Position numbers and translations under genes: made by a program
The notes under the pieces: model-generated
What the model saw: the letters and a program-made list of their open reading frames with translations, nothing else
What the model was told of the DNA's origin: nothing
Database searches by the model: none
Shown here: positions 9,279 to 17,050 of the stretch, in pieces
How the letters are laid out: each line of letters begins with the position of its first letter
Position numbering within the stretch: the stretch's first letter is position 1
Source: Polyangiales bacterium
GTDB taxonomy: Bacteria > Myxococcota_A > Polyangia > Polyangiales > Houyiibacteriaceae
DNA length: 64,000 bases
Assembly (NCBI GenBank): GCA_965227405.1
Contig: OZ245758.1
Span: forward strand, 1,705,693-1,769,692
Direction: 5' to 3'

Positions 9279-10400
9279 ATGATGCGCTCCACACAACTTC
9301 CGCTCCTTACTCTTTTGGCGTTGCCACTCATTGTCGGCGCCGACGAATGCGAATCCGATCCGCCCGACGAATGTATCTGCACCGCAGACTACGCTCCGGT
9401 CTGCGGTGTCGACGGCGAGACGTACAGCAACGCTTGCGAAGCCAGCTGCGCGATGGTCGAGATCGAACACGAGGGTGAGTGCACCCCTGATCCGATGCTC
9501 TGCTTTGACGACGGCGACTGCGCCGCGGGCAACTACTGCGACCACGACGAGTGCTTGAGTCCCTGCGAAGAAGGCGAAGTCTGCCCCGCTGTTTGCTACG
9601 GACAATGCGAACCCATTCCCCATCCCTGGTGCGAAACCGACGCGGACTGCGAAGCGGGCTTCGTCTGCAACGCAACGTGCTCCGCGCTTCCCTGTGAAGG
9701 CGAAGGCTGTGATGAGCTTCCGCCCAGCTGCACCGGCATCTGCGAGCCGGAACCGACATGCATCTGCCCCGATATTTGGGCTCCGGTCTGTGGCGCCGAT
9801 GGCGTGACCTACGGCAACGGCTGCGAAGCAGAGTGTGCGGGTGTCCCCGTCAACCACGAAGGCGAGTGTCGCCATGACTGCGTGTGCCCGGACATCTGGG
9901 CTCCGGTTTGCGGTGCAGACGGCAACACCTACGGCAACGGTTGCGAAGCCGAGTGCGCCGGTGTGCCCGTGGAATACGACGGTGAGTGCCGCCACGACTG
10001 CATCTGCCCCGATGTGTGGGCTCCTGTCTGCGGTGCGGACGGACACACCTACGGCAACGAATGTGAAGCGTCGTGCGTGGGCGTGAGCATCGAGCACGAA
10101 GGCGAGTGCGGCGGATGCGCATGCCCGCGCGTGTACGATCCGATTTGCGGATCGGACGGCAACACCTACAGCAACCCGTGTGAGGCACGCTGCGCCGGGG
10201 TCGAGATCGACTACCACGGCGAATGCCGGACCGATCCGCCTCCTCGCGAAACCTGTTACAGCGACGAGGACTGTCGTGGCGGCTACTGCGACCTCTCAGT
10301 CTGCCTCGATCCCTGTGAGCCTGGTGAGGCGTGCCCCGACGTGTGCGTAGGATTGTGCACCTACGATGGCGGCGAGCCTCCGCCCGTTCCAGAAGCATGA
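9279..10400 (+). CDS. secreted protein with five tandem Kazal-type inhibitor domains flanked by Cys-rich modules
   Basis: Signal MMRSTQLPLLTLLALPLIVGA. Five repeats of C-x6-PVCG-DG-TY-N-C-E-x-C-x9-C. The N- and C-terminal modules (CFDDGDCAAGNYCDHDEC... and CYSDEDCRGGYCDLSVC...) resemble each other. Confidence 0.7.
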   Translation: MMRSTQLPLLTLLALPLIVGADECESDPPDECICTADYAPVCGVDGETYSNACEASCAMVEIEHEGECTPDPMLCFDDGDCAAGNYCDHDECLSPCEEGEVCPAVCYGQCEPIPHPWCETDADCEAGFVCNATCSALPCEGEGCDELPPSCTGICEPEPTCICPDIWAPVCGADGVTYGNGCEAECAGVPVNHEGECRHDCVCPDIWAPVCGADGNTYGNGCEAECAGVPVEYDGECRHDCICPDVWAPVCGADGHTYGNECEASCVGVSIEHEGECGGCACPRVYDPICGSDGNTYSNPCEARCAGVEIDYHGECRTDPPPRETCYSDEDCRGGYCDLSVCLDPCEPGEACPDVCVGLCTYDGGEPPPVPEA

Positions 10401-10403
10401 CCT

Positions 10404-10431
10404 GACGTGATGTTCAGGACGTGATGTTCAG
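10404..10431 (+). repeat. tandem 14-bp direct repeat (GACGTGATGTTCAG x2)
   Basis: Perfect repeat immediately after the Kazal stop codon. Confidence 0.7.
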
Positions 10432-10470
10432 CGCCGGCACGCTTCTCGTGTCGGCGTTGACGCGTCTTAT
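10432..10470 (+). terminator. hairpin, possible terminator
   Basis: CGCCGGCACG, loop CTTCT, CGTGTCGGCG (one G-U wobble pair), then T-containing TTGACGCGTCTTATT. Confidence 0.3.
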
Positions 10471-10500
10471 TCGAGATCGACGAGACGAATCGGTACCATT

Positions 10501-13452
10501 GTGAGGATGGCGGGGCCCTTCGAGCGCGCACGAATCCGATGGATTCGAGAAGGCGCGAGCGATGAAGCGGACGAGTACGACGTTCGTACGATCAGCGTCC
10601 GCGCCATGTTCGTGAAAATGAGCAATCCGCCGAAAGCGGGTACACGTGGACGCGCGGAGTTGCTCGACCGCGATGGCAATCCCGTAATCGTGGGAACGAT
10701 TCGCGTTGTCTTCATGCGACCCGACTCGGGTGTCGGCGTGGAGTTCCTGGACACACGCACGATGCCTCCGCCCGCACCTGGCTCGCGGCGGTCTGCACGT
10801 CCAAGTGCGCCTCCCCAAATCGAGGCAGTCACGATTCCGAAAGCGCCTCGCACACCGACGGCGCGTCCCATCAAGAAACGAAAGAGCTCCGGTCCGCCTG
10901 CACCGACACCAACCTCGACGACTTCGATTCCGCCGCCTCCCAAGACACCCGTTCCTGAGAAGCCGCGTGCACCGAGTCCGATTCGACCCTCGCGACCACC
11001 CTCAAAGACTCCGGTGCCAACGCTTCCGCGTGCGCCCACTCCACTTGCGTCCACACCTCCGCCACGAAAACCAACGACTCGACCTCCGCCTCCAATGGAG
11101 GAACCCGAAGCCGTTGTGGCACGTGATGTTCGCGTCACGGGTGCGCCGCCCAAGCGATCACGTTCGCGAAAGCCCACCGCCGTGGGTGTGCCGCAGCCGG
11201 TCGCCACGCGTCAGCGTCGACATCGTTCGAAGAAGGCCACGATTGCAGGCATGGCTCCGGTCGTGGCGCCGCCGCCCAAGCCTTCTGACGCGCCATCCGA
11301 TTCGCAACCGGGCGGGCTGAAGCTCGATCTTGGCTCGCTCGAACCCACGGCACCGAGTGTTGAATCCGAGGCGCCCAAGCTCCAACTCGATGCGCCCAAG
11401 CTACAACTCGATGCACCCAAGCTTGATGTCCCCGCATTGAGCTTGGATGACGAAGCTCCGCTCCTGGAGCTCAACACCGACGCGCCTTTGGCACTCCCAA
11501 CGCCAACGGAAATCCCTCCCGCACCGGAGGACTTTGATCTTCCGATGCCAGACTTGGGCGACCTCTCGGAGCTGGAACCGCCGCCTTCGAAACCGCCGGT
11601 TGAAGCAGAGCCTGCGAAGGACGACATCCTCGCCAAACTCGCAGCGCCTGCGTCGCAACCTTTGGACCTGGGTGACGACGACCTTCCTGAACTCGAGATC
11701 GAAGCACCCAAACCCAAGACGCCCTCGATCATCATCGAGCCGCAGCTTCTGGAAGAAGCGCGACGGCTTACCGATCCACCGCCTCCTGAAGCGCCCAAAC
11801 AAGCGCGCCTCTCCACGCGCGTCAAAGCTCCAGGTGCGAGCGCGGACGTTGCGATCGGAATCGACCTCGGAACCAGCAACACATGTGTGTCGGCCGTGCT
11901 TGACGGTCGCCCCCAAGTCATTCCAACCAGGTGGGGCACAACCACGATTCCCTCGATGCTCTCGATCATCGATGGACGCGTCATGGTGGGACATGCGGCT
12001 GCGAAGCGTTCGATCATGAACCCGCAAAGCACCATCTACGGCAGCAAGCGTTTGCTCGGTCGCACGTACTCCCAAGATGTACACGAAGAGTTTCAGCCCT
12101 ACTTCGCGTACCCCTTGACCGAAACGGACGATCACCGCTTTGGTGCAGCGCTTCCCGACCGCACAGTGTCGTTTCAGGAAGTGGCCGAACGCCTGCTGCG
12201 CGAAGTGCGCGAAGTGGCTGAGCACCACCTCGGCAAATCCGTGGATCTCGCTGTGGTCACGGTGCCCGCGTACTTCGGCGAAACACAGCGCGACGCGGTA
12301 CGGACTGCAGCTCGTGACGCTGGGCTGACGGTTGGACGCATTGTCAACGAGCCCACAGCCGCTGCCGTGGCGTACGGCTATCAGCAGCAAGAGCCGGCGA
12401 CACTTGTGGTGTTCGACCTGGGCGGCGGCACATTCGATGTCTCGGTGTTGCGCGTGGAAGCACGCCGCTTTGAAGTACTGGCGACCGGGGGTGACGCGTT
12501 CCTCGGCGGCATCGACGTCGACGATATTCTCGCGCACTACCTGCTCGAAGAGTTCATGCGCACCGAACGCGTGAACTTCGAGCCCGACTCGCAACAACTC
12601 GCACGTCTTCGCGACGCAGCCGAAGAGTGCAAGCGCGGGCTTTCGATGCAGCACAAGTTTGCTGTGTACTTGCCTCACTTTGCCAACGTGGGTGGCAAGC
12701 CGCGACATCTGCAGGTTGCCGTGGAACAGTCGAAGCTCAACGAGCTGACCAACGATTTCTGCGACCGGTTGATCGACATCACGTCGACGGTGCTGGCAGA
12801 CCAAGGTCTGACCCCGCGCGATGTCGACGACGTATTGCTTGTGGGTGGTGGCACACGACTTCCGCGCGTTCAGGAACGCGTGGAGGAACTCTTCGAGAAG
12901 CGCGCAAGCAAGCGCATCAACCCCGACGAAGCTGTTGCACTCGGTGCGGCGCTGTTGAGCGACGAGAGCGGACTCGTCGACCTGATCGATGTTCTGCCGA
13001 TCTCGATCGGCTACAGCGGCGCGGGGCGAAAGTTCACCCGCTTGATCGCCAAGAACACCTCGGTGCCCGTCAGCCGTTCCTTCATCGTGCGCACCACCGG
13101 CGAGAACCAAGTGTCGTTTCCCATGCCGATTTTCCAAGGCGAGCGCATGGACGCGGCAGAAAACGAGTACTTGGGTACCGTGCGCGTCGAGAACATTCCG
13201 GAAGGGCCGTCGGGTTCGGAACTCGAGCTGACTCTCTCACTCGACGATCAGTGTTTGTTGCACGTCGCAGCACAACACGTCGCGTCAGGAACGGGTCTCG
13301 ATGTGACCCTGGAACGCGATCGGTCCGTGGAAGAAGTGATCCAATCCCTGGGCAAGTACGAAGGCGAACAGCAAGCCCCCACACCAAGGCGTCGTTCGGC
13401 GCTTGGGAACTTCTTCGCCAAGGTTCGCGGGATCTTCAAGAAGAAGAAATGA
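10501..13452 (+). CDS. Hsp70 (DnaK-family) chaperone paralog with N-terminal PilZ-like domain and long Pro-rich repetitive linker
   Basis: N-terminal RARIR...ISVRAMFV...GTIRVVF resembles PilZ. The 380-aa Pro/Ala/Lys linker carries LQLDAPK repeats. The C-terminal half reads IGIDLGTSNTCVSAV...VTVPAYFGETQRDAVRTAARDAGL...VFDLGGGTFDVSVL, the Hsp70 NBD motifs, followed by a substrate-binding domain. Confidence 0.8.
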   Translation: MRMAGPFERARIRWIREGASDEADEYDVRTISVRAMFVKMSNPPKAGTRGRAELLDRDGNPVIVGTIRVVFMRPDSGVGVEFLDTRTMPPPAPGSRRSARPSAPPQIEAVTIPKAPRTPTARPIKKRKSSGPPAPTPTSTTSIPPPPKTPVPEKPRAPSPIRPSRPPSKTPVPTLPRAPTPLASTPPPRKPTTRPPPPMEEPEAVVARDVRVTGAPPKRSRSRKPTAVGVPQPVATRQRRHRSKKATIAGMAPVVAPPPKPSDAPSDSQPGGLKLDLGSLEPTAPSVESEAPKLQLDAPKLQLDAPKLDVPALSLDDEAPLLELNTDAPLALPTPTEIPPAPEDFDLPMPDLGDLSELEPPPSKPPVEAEPAKDDILAKLAAPASQPLDLGDDDLPELEIEAPKPKTPSIIIEPQLLEEARRLTDPPPPEAPKQARLSTRVKAPGASADVAIGIDLGTSNTCVSAVLDGRPQVIPTRWGTTTIPSMLSIIDGRVMVGHAAAKRSIMNPQSTIYGSKRLLGRTYSQDVHEEFQPYFAYPLTETDDHRFGAALPDRTVSFQEVAERLLREVREVAEHHLGKSVDLAVVTVPAYFGETQRDAVRTAARDAGLTVGRIVNEPTAAAVAYGYQQQEPATLVVFDLGGGTFDVSVLRVEARRFEVLATGGDAFLGGIDVDDILAHYLLEEFMRTERVNFEPDSQQLARLRDAAEECKRGLSMQHKFAVYLPHFANVGGKPRHLQVAVEQSKLNELTNDFCDRLIDITSTVLADQGLTPRDVDDVLLVGGGTRLPRVQERVEELFEKRASKRINPDEAVALGAALLSDESGLVDLIDVLPISIGYSGAGRKFTRLIAKNTSVPVSRSFIVRTTGENQVSFPMPIFQGERMDAAENEYLGTVRVENIPEGPSGSELELTLSLDDQCLLHVAAQHVASGTGLDVTLERDRSVEEVIQSLGKYEGEQQAPTPRRRSALGNFFAKVRGIFKKKK

Positions 13453-14288
13453 GCGTTCGGCGTCTGGCCGATTGGCGCGTGCACCCTGTGGTGTTCGGCG
13501 GGATGAACCTGTCGATCGAAGGACGCCCACAACGAGCCCAAGCGATCGAGACGATTCGCGCCGCACGCGACGCAGGTTGTCAGGTGTTCGATACCGCCGA
13601 CGTCTACGGACTGCCTGGTGAGCCGCACCACAACGAAGCACTCTTACGCGAAGCACTCGGTTCGGACGCGCGCATCATCACCAAGGGTGGTGTGCGACGC
13701 GTTGGAGATGCGTGGGAGCACCATGCTCATCCCGACGATCTCGAGGCTGCGTGCGAACGTTCGCTTCAGACATTGGGGTCGTTCGAGCTGTATCAGCTGC
13801 ATGCCGTCGACGAGAACGTGCCGATCGAAGAAAGTGTCGGCGCACTGTCGAGACTTCGCGATCGCGGTTGGTTTCAACACATCGGCGTGTCGAACGTGAG
13901 TTTCGAACAAGTTCAACGCGCATGCACGACAACCACGATCGTGAGCGTGCAGAACGAAGCATCTCCTTTTGTTGCGCCGGATACTCGCGTCCTCTCGTAC
14001 TGCGAAGAACAGGAGATCGCGTTTCTCGCGTATGCGCCAATGGGAGGTTGGCGCGCAGGACAAACCGCGCACCTACCCGCGCTTCAGCGTGCGGCTCAAA
14101 GCGTTGGGTGTACGCCCTTTGAGGTTGTTGTGCGTTGGTTGCTCGCGGTGTCCCCCAACCTGCTTCCCGTGTGCGGCGCGTCGACACCCATCAAAGCCAC
14201 ATCGAGCATTCGGCAGTCCGAAGCGCTGGATACCGACTTGGCCGATGCTTTGACGCGCGAATTGTGGCAACCGTTGCGGGCGCGATAG
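13449..14288 (+). CDS. aldo/keto reductase
   Basis: ATG overlaps the Hsp70 stop (ATGA). Motifs DTADVYG, ...LREAL..., and QLH...IGVSN are typical of AKR. Confidence 0.75.
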   Translation: MSVRRLADWRVHPVVFGGMNLSIEGRPQRAQAIETIRAARDAGCQVFDTADVYGLPGEPHHNEALLREALGSDARIITKGGVRRVGDAWEHHAHPDDLEAACERSLQTLGSFELYQLHAVDENVPIEESVGALSRLRDRGWFQHIGVSNVSFEQVQRACTTTTIVSVQNEASPFVAPDTRVLSYCEEQEIAFLAYAPMGGWRAGQTAHLPALQRAAQSVGCTPFEVVVRWLLAVSPNLLPVCGASTPIKATSSIRQSEALDTDLADALTRELWQPLRAR

Positions 14289-14298
14289 GGTTGCCACG

Positions 14299-15414
14299 AT
14301 GGCGATTGAACGCATCGGTATTCTCACGGGTGGTGGTGACTGCCCCGGTTTAAACGCAGTGATTCGCGCAGCGGTACGTGTCGCCAAAGCGCGTTACGGC
14401 TGGGAAGTGTTCGGAATCGAAGACGCGTTCAACGGCTTGGTCGATCTCGAGTACAAGGCGCCCCGCGGCAACCGATGGCTCGAACTGAGCGACGTGCGCG
14501 GGATCATCGAACAGGGCGGAACGATCCTCGGCACATCGAACAAGAGCGATCCCTTTCAGTACATTTCAGAGGGTCGCGCGATCGATGTGTCGGATCGCGT
14601 GATGGCCAACTACGAGAAGATGAAGCTCGACGCGATCATCTCGATTGGTGGCGACGGTTCGATGTTGATCGCGCAGCGCTTCATCGAGAAGGGAATGAAG
14701 ATCGTGGGTGTGCCCAAGACGATCGACAACGACCTTGCTGGGACCGATCAGACGTTTGGTTTCGACACGGCACTCAACGTTGCAACCGAGGCTATCGATC
14801 GCATTCGCGACACCGCAGAGAGTCACGATCGCGTGATGGTTGTCGAGGTCATGGGGCGCGACGCAGGTTTCATTGCGCTACATGCCGGAATGGCGGCGGG
14901 CGCAGATGCGATTCTGATCCCGGAGATCCCGTACAAAGTGAAGCCGCTGGCGCAGATGCTTCACGAGAGGCGAGCAAACGGGAAGCACTACAGCATCATC
15001 GTGGTCGCTGAAGGCGCGCGTCCCGTGGATGGAGAAGCGAGTGTTCTCGAGCACAAGCTCGGTGAAATGCGGCGTTTGATGGGCGCGGGCCACCGGTTGG
15101 CGCAACAACTTGGCGAACTCACCGACGCGGACATGCGCGTCACGGTGTTAGGTCATATCCAACGTGGTGGGGCACCGAGTGCGTTTGATCGCGTGCTGGG
15201 AACACGTTTTGGTGAAGCCGCGGCGCATCTCGTCGCGCGCGAGAAGTTCAACCATATGGTGGCGTTGCGCGGGGGTTCGATCGTAGAGGTCCCGATTGCA
15301 GATGCGGTGTCGACCCCTAAACGCGTCGAACCGATGGGCGAGCTGGTATCCACCGCTCGAGCCATCGGTATTCGGTTTGGCGACGGGGGAACGAGTCAGA
15401 CCATTCGCCCCTGA
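14299..15414 (+). CDS. pfkA: ATP-dependent 6-phosphofructokinase
   Basis: IGILTGGGDCPGLNAVIRA, GGDGS, and VGVPKTIDNDL are canonical PfkA motifs. Confidence 0.85.
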   Translation: MAIERIGILTGGGDCPGLNAVIRAAVRVAKARYGWEVFGIEDAFNGLVDLEYKAPRGNRWLELSDVRGIIEQGGTILGTSNKSDPFQYISEGRAIDVSDRVMANYEKMKLDAIISIGGDGSMLIAQRFIEKGMKIVGVPKTIDNDLAGTDQTFGFDTALNVATEAIDRIRDTAESHDRVMVVEVMGRDAGFIALHAGMAAGADAILIPEIPYKVKPLAQMLHERRANGKHYSIIVVAEGARPVDGEASVLEHKLGEMRRLMGAGHRLAQQLGELTDADMRVTVLGHIQRGGAPSAFDRVLGTRFGEAAAHLVAREKFNHMVALRGGSIVEVPIADAVSTPKRVEPMGELVSTARAIGIRFGDGGTSQTIRP

Positions 15415-15427
15415 ACGCGTCGTTCAG
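15411..15427. terminator. 17-nt palindrome CTGAACG-CGT-CGTTCAG shared by convergent stops
   Basis: Overlaps the pfkA stop and the stop of the minus-strand small ORF. No T-tract. Confidence 0.25.
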
Positions 15428-15609
15428 ATCTGGTCGTGCGTCCACTCGACGAGGCGTCGTGTGGTCTCGTCGCGGTCTTGATCGCGAAGCTTCGTGCGCA
15501 ACGTCGTGGTGACGAAGGCGTCGAGACTTGTGCCTTCACCTTCGGCTGCAGCGACGAGGCGGGCGAGAAGTTCGTGGTCGATGGCGAGTGAAAGCTTCTG
15601 CGTCTGCAT
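15424..15609 (-). CDS. small ribbon-helix-helix-like (antitoxin-like) protein
   Basis: 61 aa. LSLAIDHELLARL...GTSLDAFV resembles an RHH/CopG-type N-terminus. No cognate toxin ORF is evident. Confidence 0.35.
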   Translation of the reverse strand: MQTQKLSLAIDHELLARLVAAAEGEGTSLDAFVTTTLRTKLRDQDRDETTRRLVEWTHDQI

Positions 15610-15772
15610 GGGTCGGCCACGCTAACAGCCGAACCGAAAACGGACTTGCAAAGCGCGTGAGGTTTCCCATTGGCGCGACGCGTCATGAGCGAGCGTTCAG
15701 AATTCGAGCGTGCGTTGGTGCGTGTTGTGGACAGTTTTGCGAGCGCCCTAAACCGCTGAAACACAAGGGGAA

Positions 15773-16858
15773 TTGAGCGGTTCGCAAGCAAGCAAAGAGG
15801 CGTGTTTCGACGTACAATTGAACGTGGATTTTGTAGACGCTGTTCGTGCGCGACCAGGGATGTACGTCGGTGGAGCCGACGCGTTCGGTTTGCACCACAT
15901 GCTTTGGGAAGTTGTCGCGAACTCGCTGGACCAACACCTGATCGGTCACGCGAGTCACATCGACGTTCGAACGCACGACGACGGGAGCATCGAAGTTTGC
16001 GACGACGGTGCGGGCATTCCGATGACGCAGTTCGACAACGGCGATGGATTTCTCGAGCGCGCGATGACGACTTTTCGATCCGATGCAACTTTCGACGATC
16101 ACGCACCCCACTTGCACCTCACTGGAGGCGGAACGGGGTTGATGCCCATCTGCGCGCTTTCCGAATGGATCGACGTGGAGGTGTGCAGGAGCCAACGCCG
16201 TTTCCATCAGAGATTCGAGCGAGGACGCGTTGCTTCTGAACTCATCAAACTCGGGCCCTCACAGAGATCTGGCACAAGCGTTCGATTCAAACCCGACAAG
16301 TCCATTTTTGAGGCCGCGACCTGGGACGTCGATCGAATTCAGGAACGGCTCCACCAACTCTGCGCACTGATGCCGGGTCTCCGTGCATCGCTCAACGATC
16401 AGCTCTTCGGCCCGAGCGAACTTCGGGATTTGTTGGAGGGGGATGCATCTCTGGCTGGACCGTTCGAGATTGTGGCTTCGCACGATCTGATGACAGTTCG
16501 GCTCGTGATGTGTTGGTCCGATCGTAATGATCGCGCCGGCAACAGTGTCCGTAGTTTCGCGAACGCCATGCAGACGAAAGAGGGCTCGCACGTTCGTGGA
16601 TTCATGGAAGGATTAGCCGCTGCAATGGTTCGGTTGGGAGCGAGAAAGGGTTCGTGGGTGGATGCCTTCGAACATCTCTCTCGCGGAATGAGCGCCGTCA
16701 TCAGCGTCATGTTGATCGACCCAAGCTACGGCGCTCCAACACGTGATCGTCTTGTTCATCCTCGGGTGCGCGAGTTGATCAAGCGCACCGTTGCTGAACA
16801 ACTCCCTGCACAACTACCAGCGACGATGCGCGACGAACTGCTATCGCGTCTGCGCTGA
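15773..16858 (+). CDS. GyrB N-terminal paralog (GHKL ATPase + transducer domain only; no Toprim or C-terminal domain)
   Basis: VRARPGMYVGG...GLHHMLWEVVANSLD...DDGAGIP aligns to GyrB residues ~1-390. The protein ends where the GyrB 43-kDa fragment ends. Catalytic-loop residues are substituted (QTK becomes PTR, GLHGVG becomes GGTGLM). Confidence 0.7.
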   Translation: MSGSQASKEACFDVQLNVDFVDAVRARPGMYVGGADAFGLHHMLWEVVANSLDQHLIGHASHIDVRTHDDGSIEVCDDGAGIPMTQFDNGDGFLERAMTTFRSDATFDDHAPHLHLTGGGTGLMPICALSEWIDVEVCRSQRRFHQRFERGRVASELIKLGPSQRSGTSVRFKPDKSIFEAATWDVDRIQERLHQLCALMPGLRASLNDQLFGPSELRDLLEGDASLAGPFEIVASHDLMTVRLVMCWSDRNDRAGNSVRSFANAMQTKEGSHVRGFMEGLAAAMVRLGARKGSWVDAFEHLSRGMSAVISVMLIDPSYGAPTRDRLVHPRVRELIKRTVAEQLPAQLPATMRDELLSRLR

Positions 16859-16891
16859 CTTCGGGACGTGGCCAGCATTCCGCTTCGCTCT

Positions 16892-16927
16892 GGAAGCTCG
16901 GAGGCTCGGAAGCTCGGAAGCTCGGAC
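16892..16927 (+). repeat. 10-bp microsatellite (GAAGCTCGGA-like, ~3.5 units)
   Basis: GGAAGCTCGGAGGCTCGGAAGCTCGGAAGCTCGGA, intergenic. Confidence 0.6.
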
Positions 16928-16970
16928 AACACAGGCCTAGGCGACGATACCGATATTGTTTCTAAGTCAG

Positions 16971-17002
16971 CCAAGTGACCAAACCAGTCTTTGGTCGCTT
17001 GG
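16971..17002. terminator. 13-bp-stem hairpin between convergent genes (bidirectional terminator candidate)
   Basis: CCAAGTGACCAAA, loop CCAGTC, TTTGGTCGCTTGG (one G-U wobble). AAAAAA tract nearby. Confidence 0.4.
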
Positions 17003-17050
17003 CACGTCTTTGAGTCTTCGAAAAAATAGATGGTCTCCCAGAACTACCCG

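Noticed and set aside
9240-10217. 325-aa minus-strand ORF antisense to the Kazal gene
   Set aside because: Ala/Val/Arg-rich antisense artefact. The plus-strand frame has perfect Kazal Cys periodicity.
11401-13137. 578-aa minus-strand ORF antisense to the Hsp70 gene
   Set aside because: Antisense to unmistakable Hsp70 NBD motifs. Composition is junk-like.
12627-14288. 553-aa plus-strand ORF
   Set aside because: Only the last 279 codons (from the ATG at 13449) form the aldo/keto reductase. The upstream part is the +1 frame of the Hsp70 gene.
15424-16858. Toxin-antitoxin pair formed by the RHH-like ORF and the GyrB-like gene
   Set aside because: The genes are convergent, not co-directional. 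The RHH call itself is weak.
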